Assembly (NCBI RefSeq): GCF_001194135.2
Contig: NC_068985.1
Location: 73,311,516-73,375,515 of the forward strand
DNA length: 64,000 nucleotides
Direction: 5' to 3'
From: Octopus bimaculoides
Lineage: Eukaryota
Shown here: positions 25,103-38,290 of the stretch, one piece after another
How the letters are laid out: every line of letters starts with the position of its first letter
Position numbering within the stretch: position 1 is the first letter of the stretch
Made by a program: the position numbers and the translations under genes
Notes under the pieces: generated by a model
The model's database searches: none
Seen by the model: only the letters and a program-made list of their open reading frames with translations
What the model was told of the DNA's origin: nothing

Positions 25103-26510
25103 ATGTTATGTGCTTTGTATACTTATTATCAATGCCTTAGAACAAATTTTAGAGAAGCGAGACACACAGAAATACAGCATCAATTTAGCTTAAATGACTG
25201 TCAAGAATTTGTGTTGCACTGGGATAGAAAGCTGCGCCCAGAACTCACAGGCGTTGTAAAGGTTGATAGACTGGTAATAATAGTAATTTTTCAAGGCACG
25301 GAGCAGCAATTGTTGGGAGTCCCTGAAATTCCAACATCTTCAGTAGAACAGGAAGCCATGGCTGTTTACCAAGCAGTGGAGAAGTGGGGTATAATACAAC
25401 AGGGGTGTAATACAACAGCAAGGAACACGGGGCGAGTGAATGGTGCCAGTAGAAATCTAGAAAAGTTGTTCAATCGTGACCTGTTGTACTTCCTTTGCCG
25501 TCAGCACATTTTTGTGTTAATTTTTAGGAACTGTTTTGACTCAATGATGGGCGCAACTTCAGGTCCAGATATGACGTTTTTCAAAATATTTCGAGAAACC
25601 TGGACAAAACTCAACAAGAAAGTTTACATAATTAGTAGCAATGAAGTGCCTGACGATATCTTCTCTAACGTTCTTGGATTTCTTGAATACCACTTTTCTA
25701 TGCGAAATGATTATCGAGAATTGTTGGAATTAACGATGATCTTTCTTGGCGGCATTCCGATGTACGGGATATCGTTTCGTACAGCAGGAGCTGTAAGTCA
25801 TGCTAGGCGGATGTCAAAAGCAATTTACACATTCAAGATATACCTGTTTCAAGATCAATTGCAGTTATCTTCAGGGAGAAGAACTTCTTAAGAAAAATAC
25901 GTATTTTTCTTGCTCAAGTGTATGTTCGAGCCTGGTTTCTGTCATTAGAATTAATTAAAGCACCTTATCATGATTTCCTATTCATGTGTCAACTGATGAA
26001 TTATCAGAATATTGGTCCAGAAATCAGTAGGGCTGCTGCGAAAAACATTTCCATTCATCTCTGGTACTTATCCCCCGAAACTATGTCTCTGTCCATATTT
26101 GATGACAATGTTCTAACAGAGGTGAAGGCAAATATTGTCCAAGTTATGCTGGTAGCAGACAAAGGTGAAGAAGAGGAAGAAGAAAAAATCAATTGAAGAG
26201 GTACATTCTTCCTTAGAAACATCGAGTTTTCGTCTTTCGTAACTCCTGGTACAAAAACTTTCTTTACGAGATTTTCTATCAGCAGCGATTTCCTCGACAA
26301 AGAACCTTCAGCATGGAAGGATGATCCTAGTTTCAAAAGTGTTCTTGAAAAACTTGAGAAGACAGTTGCTGTGAATGATGTTGCAGAAAGAAGTGTCAAA
26401 CTCATTTAGGATTACAATCACATTCTCACAAAACATGAGACTGAGAAACAATTTGTTTTACAGATCGTTACTGAAAACCGTAAGAATACCCAACTGCCAC
26501 TAAGTCCTCT
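25103..26510 (+). pseudogene. hAT-type transposase pseudogene (5' part missing, frameshifts and stops)
   Basis: FVLHWDRKL..VDRL..LLGVP; NTTARNTG; LLYFLCRQH (CxxH motif); NDYRELLELTMIFLGG; HARRMSKAIY.FKIYLF; HLWYLSPE; VNDVAERSVKLI*DYN. Confidence 0.88.
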
Positions 26511-28124
26511 CTGATGCAAAAAATAATGTTCAATATTCAGTGTTTAGCGTTCACATTATGGATTTGGTTCTATAGAAATTATTGTTGTAAATAAACATGG
26601 ATTTCTCTTATAGAAGTTTTGTGCTTTATTAAGAAACCCTAATACTTCTTAAGCTTTTCATCTTATTTCAGGAATTTTTCAAATTAGCTATTGGTAAATT
26701 TGATTCAGCACGTTTTTAAACATCTGTTGGGGTTGCTTGGATGAGTCCACATAGATTTCTCTAAGATGAAAAAAGAAAATGGTGGAAAAAAGGAACAGTA
26801 TGCTGCTTTTGAAAAGAATTAAGCGTTGCGTATACTGTTCCAACTTCAAGACGTTTGAGGGTAGCCTAGCGGTTGTCTGATTAAGCTGAAATTTTGCACA
26901 CCCCGTTATTTTGTTTATTGGAACAGGATTAGGGGTGGGAGCAGCAAAATTGTAATTTTCAAAAAATTACCTATTGCTCAGGGCCACTCTAATGCATATG
27001 CACACAACACGACTGAACACAGACGATATACACTCGCACACAACATGTATAAATACATACGACTTTCGTACATAAACATATACAATACACACACACACTA
27101 TAGGGTCTCTCTCTGTCTCTCACACTCATCCACCCACATGCACACACACACGTGAACGCATCTTTCAAACATGCACACATTCACACTACACACGCACACA
27201 CACTCATGAGAGCTCACATATATACTATACAATGCCTCACACGCATACACACGTTCATACGCGCACATACACATACACACACAAATACAATGCACCCGAG
27301 GTTACTTATACAAATACACACACACGCTCCCATACTCACACACTGGCCCACATAATTTTAAGCTCATCCACATACATTCATATACATATATACACATATA
27401 CACTCACACACCATTAGTATATGCACACATGCACACATACACACTCATACACCATTCTTACATGTACACACGCGCTTGTTTACCCTAGTTCAGCTGGGTC
27501 ACCATTATTATCTCCCTTTCACTCAGTTTCTTTCTTCCGGTCATTTCATCCTGCTGAACGGTTAACTCTCACACATTTTCTCTCTCATTTTGTTTCGATC
27601 TCCACTTTTTTCCTTAGAGTAGACTCGAAGCGTCAAAGACATTTTCATTCCTCCCGATCGTCAAACTAATACATCTGTTTGTTGGTCCCTCACCTGTTTT
27701 CATCTTTTGTTTTCTGTAAATTTGAGCTATATAATGTATATCTATATATATAAAAGTCAAGTTGTATGTGTGTAAACCTGCATAACGTCTGAAGTTCACT
27801 ACAGATTTTCTCCAAACTGGGAAAATACATTACTTATGCTCCATAGATAGACTCTTCAACTTATTCACATATTGAGTAACGGACCCTCTGGGAACAGAAA
27901 ATACCATTTCCTGCGTTAAGTAGAAGAGGAAGGTAACTCTTTGCAAAGCAACTTTCAGAAATTGATTGTCTCTCTTACATCCAGCGAGATCAATTCACTG
28001 AACGTTTTTCGTCTTTTTAAAATATGGATCGGGCAAGGAATTCGGCAGTGCTGTACTGTTGAGAAATAATGAATGAAGGAAAATGGGTGTATAGTGAGGG
28101 AATATATGTTGCTGCAGGAGAACA

Positions 28125-28129
28125 AAGTT

Positions 28130-28174
<45 letters not shown>

Positions 28175-28345
28175 GAGGGAGGGAGAGGGAGAGAGGAGAA
28201 AGAGAGGATTGAGAGAGCGTGAAAGAGAAATGAAGATGGAGAAGGAGAGAGATAGTAAGAGAGAGATGGAAAGAAGAGAGAGGGGAGAGAGAAGGCGAGG
28301 GAGAAAGAGAGAGGGAGGAAGAGAGAGGAGGAGGAGAAGAGGGCG
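28125..28345. repeat. (GA)n and GA-rich polypurine tract
   Basis: Directly visible. Confidence 0.9.
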
Positions 28346-28914
28346 ATTTCATTGGGCAGGCTTGCGAGAAGTAGTGTGCGGTTTAGTAGAATATTAAGAT
28401 CAGTGTCCATTTTAACAGCAGTGGAAAAGTAAGAAATGAAACTGCATAAGTTGCAACCATAGGTTGACGAGTAATAATATTGTGGTAACCAGTAAAATGA
28501 CTTTCTTTTAAATGAGGAAGCTGATATTTATAGATGCAGCGTCATTGTCACATACATCTGGAAGTAACTTTGTTGCTGATTGCTCTTAAGATTTTACGGT
28601 GAATTAGCAGTTGAAGTATTTTATCACCCCAAAGATAAACCTGTTCTTGGAAATGAAATTTTCGCAATGCTATATAATTGTTATTTGCCGAGGTTTTGAG
28701 ACCCAACATTTCTTTATACTTCATATACTTCTAGAGCGGCTGTACAGTTGATAATTTGAAGATTTTAGCCGATTATATCGACACCGGTAATTATTCTATT
28801 CTGATATTATTTATATATAACTTTGTCGAGGTATATAGAGGTAGAAAAAATTGCTGCAACACCAATTAATCGGCGGTGTAAACATAAACTACGGCTCTGA
28901 TACAGTCACGCATC

Positions 28915-28953
28915 TACGTGATACATTCCAGATGTTTTGAGACTTTTTTAGGA

Positions 28954-29044
<91 letters not shown>

Positions 29045-29395
29045 TTATTTGAAAAAAATACAAAACTCTAATCGCTTCCGAAGTAAGATCCTCCGATTTG
29101 AAGGCACTTGTAGAGCTCCAATTACTTCGAGAAGTCCTCGTGACAATTCTTCAAAGTGAAAATGTCCAAGACCCTTGTCACAATCTAGACTGTAGAGAAG
29201 ATGAGAGACAGTTTTAATGCTCATCTCTGTCAGGTAGTTGGTTACCAGGATGGAACTTTGGACTGGTGCATACTCTTGGTGCAGGTGCCAACCATCTGAA
29301 TGGAAAAGCTCTGGCCTTTTCTTACAAAATCTCCTTCTAAACCCCCGCAAGAGTTGTCCAAAGTTACCCAGTAACTGGAAAGTGCAATAGTAATG
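28915..29395 (-). mobile_element. Mariner (DD34D-type) 3' fragment interrupted by (CA)n at 28955-29043
   Basis: ORF 29045-29350: RGFRRRFCKKRPELFHSDGWHLHQEYAPVQSSILVTNYLTEMSIKTVSHLLYSLD resembles the mariner W.LHQDNAP.H.S..V..YL......PYSPDL motif. TIR-like TACGTGATACATTC...TTTTGAGACTTTT at the left end. Confidence 0.85.
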
Positions 29396-29402
29396 TCTTG
29401 GT

Positions 29403-30075
29403 ATTGCCGCAAATGTGTCAAGAGCTGGATTTATGCATAGCGAACGCTATGTTTCAGCAGAAAGTTTTATAAAAAAAAACCTAGATGCATGTAGGCTCAA
29501 AGCAGTGGTCTATGATTCATTTTGTTCTTGTGCGTTGAAGCGACTTTTGTCATATATGCAGCATCTGCGTCATGTGGGAAGCTGAATGACAGACTGACCG
29601 TCGTGTTATTTGTGCAAAGGGTGAACTTTGTTACAAACCGAAGGTAAGAGCCAACAGTGTCACCACTCCAAAGAAATATGACATATTTGAAAGATGATGC
29701 TATTAAAGAAGAGTTGGTGAAGGTAATAGACGAAAGTAAATTTAATGACTTGTAGGAAGAGTTCAAAATGTCCGTGTATGGCGTTTGCAGCAGGTTTGAT
29801 GAAAATGGCTGAAATTCAAGTACTATTAAATGAAAAGAATGTAATGTGTATGAGACACCTTGGTGAAGAATCAGAAAAGCACAGGGAGAAAGTCTTGTAC
29901 AGCTCGTGGAAGTGTAAGGTGCAGCATGGACTTCGTCACAACAAGATACTTGGTGGTAGAATAAAGCAGATCAGATCCAATCTTCATGTGACCTTAACGA
30001 TACGAAGCTTCTGTATAACTTGTTGCAGAAAATGTATGGGCCATCTACCTCTCCTATTGTACTTCTGAGTACTCA
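29403..30075 (+). mobile_element. RTE-clade LINE fragment (end of AP endonuclease plus linker)
   Basis: LPQMCQELDLCIANAMFQQK; SKQWSMIHFVLVR; CVMWEAE*QTDRRVI; DTWW*NKADQIQSSCDLNDTKLLYNLLQKMYGPS. Confidence 0.8.
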
Positions 30076-30142
30076 GGATGTTAAAAAGTTACTAAGATAT
30101 ATCAGAGATATTCTGATCAGGTTTATATATATATAAACACAC

Positions 30143-30179
<37 letters not shown>

Positions 30180-30283
30180 GAGAGAGAGAGAGNNNNNNNN
30201 NNNNNNNNNNNNNNNNNNNNNNNNNNNNNNNNNNNNNNNNNNNNNNNNNNNNNNNNNNNNNNNNNNNNNNNNNNNNNNNNNNN

Positions 30284-30328
<45 letters not shown>

Positions 30329-30534
30329 TCAATATATGTACAATCAACAAAGAAGTACTCCACCCAGTGAGAGATAAATATAGACTTTATACACATACCG
30401 AATGAACTACTAATAGTTGCATGCTAGGAATATTTATAAAATACGCTATGGAGATGCATGCCTCGTTAAAATATATCATAAAAGAATAAAACTATTAGTA
30501 GCACGTTCGGTATGTGTATTAAATAAATATATGA

Positions 30535-30825
30535 TCGACTCTTTCGCCGATGACGACGTATGAGTGTTCAGCTTTTGCCGAATGACCTTCACAAATGCTT
30601 TGTTCATAGTGATCAACTGCATGTGCCGTACATTAGCTCACTTCTTCCAGCATATCGACGTTTCCTGAACAGGTGCATCATATGTCAGATTTCGAAATGA
30701 TCGCAGAGCAATTTGAGATGAAATTTTTTGTTCAAGAACACAAAGCACCACTCTGTTTAGGAATTGAAACCACGATCTCGCGATAGTGAGTGCAACAACC
30801 TAACCGCTAGTCATTGCGTCCTCAC
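30535..30825 (-). mobile_element. tRNA-derived SINE (third family), diverged
   Basis: Reverse-complemented B-box (GGAATTGAAACC) and A-box (CCTAACCGCTAG) at the right end, preceded by gttcaagaacacaa. Shares its head with 33335-33470. Confidence 0.65.
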
Positions 30826-32196
30826 ACACAGATACACATACACACACACATATATATATACACGCGCTCGTATATGTCTGTGAACATATGTATAATTAAA
30901 GGTGGAATTTTGAATACCTTGAACACCCCACCTGCTTCAACCCGACTAAACATTCGTAGACTTGTGAAGGATTGAGAAAGTATGTTGTGTTTATAGAAAG
31001 TGGATTAGTTTCATTCTTTAAAAATTGTTTGCTTTACATGTGCGTATATAAAATGTGTTTATATTTTTGTTTATATTTCCATTCTTTAGTTTAGACAATG
31101 AAAAATTTTAGTCTGCATATGATATAGAACTAATAAATATTATTAGTATGCAGAAACGATAACTTTCGTATTGATAGGTATAAGAAAAGAACGCATTATA
31201 TGAGATAAAAATTTAGCTTTGACAGAATTAATATTTTAGTTAAAGAATGTTTCATTTAAAAGCCATTGAAAAATTGAGTGGGGAGTGAAGTAAGCTATTT
31301 TATGCTAAGGCGGTATATAACTGGGTAACATTTTGTTCGGTGGAAAGGTTGATCATTGTCCAGTAGAGTGCGTTTACGTTAAATGGTGTGTTTATGATGG
31401 CAGCAAACCTCACACTGATAAACATTGTTAAGTCCAAGCATATGCAAACACACACATACAAACATACAGAATTAACTGAGAGAATCGTAGATGCATAGAC
31501 AGAAGAATAGACACAGTAAATTTCTTGTAAGAGTATTTCCGTAAAATATATCTTTTTTTTGTTATGGTTTTTTTAAAATTTGATTTTCGTTATTTGAAGT
31601 TTTTGTTATTCTGAGTTTACCATCTTTTAATATTCGCTGATGTAGCTTTCGAGATTTTGTCTCAAAACCTTTGGTACATGTTCTCTTTTGTAGTTAAGAA
31701 GACAAGCTTTTAAAGCACTACTTTGGCAGTAAGTTGAACATTTGAAGGGAATATTGATAGCTATGCGTTTTAATTTCATTATGTTTCGTCTCCGTTTTTC
31801 ACGTTTAATGCAATCCCCTTCAAAATGTATGGCCACATATAGTATATTTTTCTTCATGATGTTCTTGGTGTAAATGCATCAGCTGCATTTAATTCTTAAA
31901 TGTTTATATGAAAATGATGTTTTCAGAGTTATAAGGAGTTATAAGGAGTTATAAGGAGTCTCTTTCCAAGACATATTACACATAAAATGAAGAGTCCGTA
32001 CTTTTTCATCGTCCATCGTCCATAGAAAAATATATCCCTTGCTCACCTCTGTCTGGTACAATTATTTACAGCATATTGCATTTGCAAGGCCTCAACAACA
32101 CGTCTTCTCAGCCAGATATAAGCAAAATTTGTCGAACATAATTTTGGTGAATTAATTTAACTGTCTAATATGTTTTGATTATAAAATACACACATA

Positions 32197-33068
32197 CGTG
32201 GTCTGATCAATAAGTATACGGAATGTTCCCATAGTAACGATGCTAAAGCATGCAGAGTAAAGCCGCTTAGTACAGATTGAACTTGAACTTTGCTGTGCAT
32301 ATGCACTAAATTTTAACGTTCTAGCTTACTTCTGGTGCTTACAGCAGTGCTTGGAATGGAAGGTGTGTAGCGTGTGATCGTTGCATTGGCCAAGACAGAG
32401 AATGTTGAGCAGAGAATCTGCATCAAATTTTGCCAAAAGCTTGGAGGTGCCTGTTCAGAGGTCCACGCAAAGTTTTCAAAATGTCTTCATCGTTCTCGAC
32501 ACAATGAAGGAGATCTTGTGCAACTGAAACCCGAGTGTCGTTTTAGTCAGCTGAAAGCAGTTTTGGCACAAACTTAGCAGATACGCGTTTCATACCCAAA
32601 TCTTCAGTGATAATGGACTGAACTGAACCGTAACTAATCTGCACATCCCCTGATAACTCATGGATGGTGATTCGACGATTTCCCCCTCACAACTGCACGC
32701 ACATTTGCGATGTTTTACTCAGTTTTGCTGGTTGCGGGTCTCCCAGAACGTTCGTCAATATCGACATTTTTCGGCCATTTTGGAAACCTCTGAACCACTC
32801 GTACACTTGTGTGCGGTTTTTGCACTCCTCTCCATACACAGGTATCACCATGACAGTTTTCGCTGTCATGGTTGGTCAATGCGACGATCACACGCTACGC
32901 ACCTTCTTTCGAAGCACTGCTGTAAACAGCAGAAGTGGGCTAGTGTTTTAAGATTTAATGTGTATGCGCAGTAGAGTTCAAGGTCAATCTGAGCTGAGCA
33001 GCTTTAATCTACGTGCTTTATCTATGTAACCTATGGCAACATTCCGGTTACTTACCGATTAGACCTCG
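32197..33068. mobile_element. Non-autonomous mariner made of two 5' ends facing inward (+ arm 32197-32481, - arm 32482-33068)
   Basis: The arms are reverse-complement similar over ~200 bp. The + arm encodes TENVEQRICIKFCQKLG. The - arm encodes VYGEECKNRTQVYEWFRGFQNG and RVSAKFVPKLLSAD. TA precedes the left end. Confidence 0.85.
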
Positions 33069-33334
33069 TTCACATCTACCTATCTGGCTGTGTCTGCTGT
33101 GGTGAGGTTTATTTCACAACCACTTCCCAGCCCTTTCTCCGAACTGTTTTTGCTGAGGGAGTGAGATGGATAGAACTAGTCTTTTTACTGTCGAAATGTG
33201 AGTTCATTTGGTTTCACAGATAAAAATACTCTTTGAACACATCCCCATCTTGCAGGTCTCGTAGATTTGAAGAATTTAGAAAGGATGTGGGCCTTTGAAA
33301 TCTAATCTGGTACAGGTTGGATTTCAAGCATCAC

Positions 33335-33470
33335 TCATTTTTGCTTGCTGGCGCTACGTGAAATGAAATGTTTTTCTTAAGCACACAACGCATTATTCGG
33401 TCCAGAAATCTAAACTACAATCTTACGATTGTGAGTCCAACACTCTAACCACTGCTCCACGTACCCCTGC
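33335..33470 (-). mobile_element. tRNA-derived SINE head fragment
   Basis: gtgaaatgaaatgtttt..cacacaacgca..acgattgtgagtccaacactctaaccact matches the head of 30535-30825. Confidence 0.55.
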
Positions 33471-36400
33471 ACCCATACATACGTATGCATATGTGTTAGT
33501 GCATGTGTGTGTGTATGTATGTGTGTGTATGTGTGTGTATGTGTGTGTATGTGTGTGTGTGTGTGTGTTTGAAAAGTAGCTTTTATAAGTAGTATCTTCC
33601 TGAATATGTAATTAAAACGATCAAAATAAATTGATAATGCACATGTCGTAAATCTATGAAGTCTTTTAATGAGAAACAATGTTATCTTATTTTCATTTTT
33701 CTTTTGAAACTTTATATACTCGACACATAGCGCTGATTCTAATTACAGTCTTTGATAATTAGGATGTTCTGCGCAAATTAGAAGAAATCAGAAATGAAAA
33801 ATAACAAGAGGAACAACATTAAAAATGTTCATATTTAAGATATTCACTCAATAATTGCAACAGAGATGTGAATATAGCATAATGGTAAGGAACAAAAAAC
33901 TCAATTACTTACTTTGTAACAATAACAACGTGGACGAATTACAAGCTGGTTTCGTCCGAGTATTTTTTTCAATAATGTATAATTTGATATAATTTAATAA
34001 CGGAAAGAAAAGAAACTTTTAAACAATGAAAATTTAAGAATGGAATTGAATACTTTTTTATCAACAAACCAAGTCACAATATGTTGGCAACGCCATATTT
34101 ATACCAAACACAAAAAAGCCTTGGAAAACGTTGTTAGTACCATTAACATATACATACACAATCTCCGTTATTCTCACAACACATAAATTCTGATACACTG
34201 GTATTTTCTTTCCGTATATTTTCACAATATATCATCGAGATTTTTGAAGATACTTATACAATGAGGTTGAAGATGATATTGAATATACTTTAAAGTGTTC
34301 CAGAAAGCATTTGAGTCCTCTATATTTGTTTTTATCATCCTTATTATTGAAATAAAAAAAAGAACAATTAATTTATATGATATTTAAAACAACTGCATAA
34401 AACTAATGTGGTTAAAATCATAATACGATGCTAGAAATAAAATAAAAAGAGCATATAGTTATTTAAATAATCCACATAATAAAATTCAAAGATGCACAAA
34501 AGCGATTGATCACTAGAATATATTTCTGTTCACCTTTTCTTGGTTTTTAAAATATATATTATTATCATGAACAGATCAGATACTATTTCCTTAACACTTT
34601 TCGGTAACCATGCCATCGATTCATTAATTCATTTTATTTGTTTTAAATACAACACCCGTTTTATAGAATTTATATTTCATATTGAAACCAAACAAGAATT
34701 AGTTAAATAAACTATAGTACCGGTGTTTTTTTCTTTAAATGCAATTCACTCTTAACACAAATAGATGATGTTATGCGCAGTCTGAAAAATCACAAGGATG
34801 TTTGAAATAATGCATATAGTCGCTTATGTAGTTTACAGTATGAATGTATGATACTGATTCTAATTGTTAACAGTCAAATGTATGTTTTAGTACTCAAATC
34901 AAATTTTCATCTCGTAAATGTCTCAACCTGGAAGTGAATGACATCACCTTTATTATTTTTTAAAATATAATGACTTTAAGTATTTTCAGATTAATTTATA
35001 ATAATACTTCATGTTTTAAACATTATCACAATATATTTTGTAAATGAAAATACTGAATGATATATTTATAAATGTGATTGATTAAAAAGAACAATCGTTT
35101 TGATTTGAAAAGGGAGAAAAGAAACGTTTTGAAAAATATACAATAGATTATATGAGGAGATGAATTAGACTGATGCTGGAGACAACTATATTTCATTGTT
35201 TATATTGTCAGTCAGTATTATTTTTAGGACGCTAGCTTTGTTAATAACGATCGAACGAATATTAAACTAGAACTATTTCAGTCAAGGTAGCAAATTTCAA
35301 ATTAAACATGGAACAATTCATAAACTAGTGAATGATGGATGTTGCAAAAATGGTTAAATGTATTCATGTGAATGATGACGAAATTCCAACACTTCCAATA
35401 AAGAATCACGCGGAAACATTTTCTGAAAGTGGCAGAGTTCTTGCAAATTTCTTGGTAACAGAGATGCCATTATTAAATTATAATTTGCTTATTAATTATT
35501 AAGAGATCAGAAATCGGTATATACAGAATTACAATTTGTGTCCCTTTTTCTCATTGTCATTTTATTTAATAAAATACTAGGAAAGCAATGTGGGGCTCTT
35601 GACTTTTACTAAGAATATTGGAGTTGAAAGTGATATGATTTGGATTTAAACACCAATTTAAAATGTGGCCTCGGTTTGACGATACTCACAATATTATTTG
35701 ATTTGAATACTATCAAACATTAGTTTACTCTTACTTTCTTTCTAATTTGTTGTAATGTATTCATTCGCACGTTCATTCCTTCTTGCTTCATTTATTTTAA
35801 AATTTATATTTTTGTCAATCTTTTTTCACATAATTTACGCTTTTCATTAATTTCTTCAGCATTTGATGTTCACAACAAAGTGCAATCAAAGTATTCAACT
35901 AGTATATTTATTTGAGGACACCAGTGCAGCAACAATGATATCTCTAGTTTTGATTGTAACGAAGGTTAACTGCTATCAACCCAAGGTACTGGAGATTGAA
36001 AAGACATGTTTTACAAGGGGTTCTCTTTTTAAACTAGGGTTTGAAATATTACCACAACAAAACTTACTTATATATCCTGGCTATTTTGTTAGAATTTATT
36101 ATCTTAAATAATCTTTAGCTATGAGAATATCACAATAAGTGATCAAACTAAGCGTTTCACATAACAGCATAGTGGCACAAAGTTTTGAAGAGGATTTCAG
36201 AAGATTAACTTGAGCTAATACTTGACACATATTTACTATCTAGAGTCAAGAATTGAAGTTAAAAGAAATGCGGTCCAATAAAATACCGTAGGAGATTTAG
36301 TTAGGTCATCCTATCAGTTCCATCCTTCAAGAAATTACAGTATTAATATCCTACCTTGTTCAATGTCCCACATTTACAGAGAAGAGCTGTAGTCGATTTC

Positions 36401-37532
36401 AAGCAATTCGGCAGGATTTGAATTCAAAACATAAAGAAATGAAACTGAATATCAGAATACATTGTTTCAAGCAATCGGCCGATTTTTAGTTCTTCCACCC
36501 ATTTTACTTATTATATTGAGCTCTAACAGATGATACAAAGCTTCTTATTTTCGGTAAGTAGTATTGACGATCTTTTCCAATCCCAGTACAACATCGCTAC
36601 ATTATCAATCAATACTGGAGGGTTAAATTCAAATACCGCCTTGGAGAGATTCAGACTTAAAATACTACGTGACATAAATATATCCCTCAAGACATTTTGT
36701 CTGTCGTTTAACGATTCTGGCAATAGTAATTAGTAACACCAATAGCCATAAGGGTTATTTTGACAATTAATTATTACAATGACTTTCATAACGTTTATGT
36801 TGATAAAGATACCACCAATGTAATATATATTAGAATAACAACAATAAAAATATTACAAAAGAAGAACGTATCAACATATGTGTAATATTGTAAGAGCAAG
36901 AGGAAATGCATCCCTAAAATAACTATAGCAACATAAAATGTGACGTTTTATTGGTGATAGTCATTGTTTACCCCCAAATTACTCATGATCGAGCAAAGAT
37001 TTGATAATAAGTGTTTCAGTTACGACAATCCCATTCTTTTTTAAACACTGTTTATAAAGGACACACTAGGTGCGTCGTTGAATATCGTTTAAGGGGTGCT
37101 CTCTTTGGCTCGTTATTAGTTTAATTTACATTAGAAAAACTGGGAAAATTGTGGTATTCATATGTTTCCCGAGGACATTGAACGTTAAGTTGATTCGTTT
37201 GAATAGAAATGGAAGTTTTGAGATCACTACATTTTGTTTTCAAAATACAAGTATTGTCATATAGCCAAGTAGGCAGGAGGTCAGTTGGGTAGCATACAAG
37301 CCAACGATTCGCATTCTGTCAATATGACTACGCTGCCTCGTAATAGAGGTCTTTAGACTGGGTGGCTGTTTTAAACTTTTCCCTCCATCTTACGCTGTTT
37401 TCAGTTAATTTCATGTCTTCTCCCAAGTATACTCCCACCCATTTCTTGATGTTGCATAGCTCTTTTACTAGAGATGCTCATGCATGATCATATTTTCAAA
37501 AAGGTAGGTTGTTATGGGGGTGAAGATAAGAT

Positions 37533-37749
37533 ATTATTTTCTACTCTAGGCACAAGGCCCGAAATTTTTTGGGAGGGGACCGGTCGATTAGATCGACCCC
37601 AGGACGCAACTGGTACTTAATTTATCGACTCCGTAAGGATGAAAGGCAAAGTCGATCTCAGCGGAATTTGAACTCAGAACGTAAAGACAGGCGAAATACG
37701 GCTAAGCATTTCGCTCGGCGTGCTAACGTTTCTGCCAGCTCGCCGCCTT
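37533..37749 (-). mobile_element. Nin/Deu-core tRNA SINE, full length
   Basis: Reverse complement of the head and core at 24604. Tail ctactctaggcacaaggcccgaaatttt. Confidence 0.93.
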
Positions 37750-38290
37750 ATGGGGTGAAGATTTTGTCTACTTTGTTGTAAAAAAACTAACCAAGGCGTG
37801 TAAGTTTGCTCCGGCTAACAACAGCTCGGACTAATTTATAATTAACACCAGTAAAAGAATCATAGGAAGATTAAAAAGCGAGTAATTGAATAGCGTACGA
37901 GATAAAAGACGACCACTTCGTAGTCTCCTCATCCGAAGGCGATCCTAAAAGAGACATGAATTTCTCATTGCAGTATTTGCAGTATTTACATCAAATTAAA
38001 ACATAATTGGAAGACAAAAACAATCGATCACTTTTATAACAGGTAATCACAAATAGAAATATAAATGTTTTGTTCAAGGATAAATATAAATTATTTTCTC
38101 ACGGATTATAAAGAGAATTAATGTTAAGTAGTACGTCGTCATATTTTCCACAGTATTAACTATCTTTCTTTAGGCAAGAGGTATTCATGTTGTACAAGGA
38201 CATATGGAATTTATGGTAAAGATACCTATCTGTAAGAGAACTAAAGAGGACACGAAGCAGGTTTGTAAACAGTATCATTCTATTGAGTTA

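Larger units (their letters stand above)
24065..26991 (+). mobile_element. hAT-superfamily (hATm-like) DNA transposon with both ends intact and decayed transposase
   Basis: TIR TAGAGTGGCCCT at 24065 and its reverse complement ending 26991, with imperfect ~100-bp subterminal inverted similarity. 8-bp TSD ATGCACAT (24057-24064) / ATGCATAT (26992-26999). Confidence 0.9.
23530..27720 (+). repeat. CA-rich degenerate tail and putative terminal repeat of the Penelope-like element, split by the hAT insertion (23530-24064 and 26992-27720)
   Basis: The same CA-rich composition continues on both sides of the hAT termini and TSD. Confidence 0.55.

Noticed and set aside
31926-31960. Three tandem copies of GAGTTATAAG
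   Set aside because: This is a simple slippage minisatellite with no further structure.
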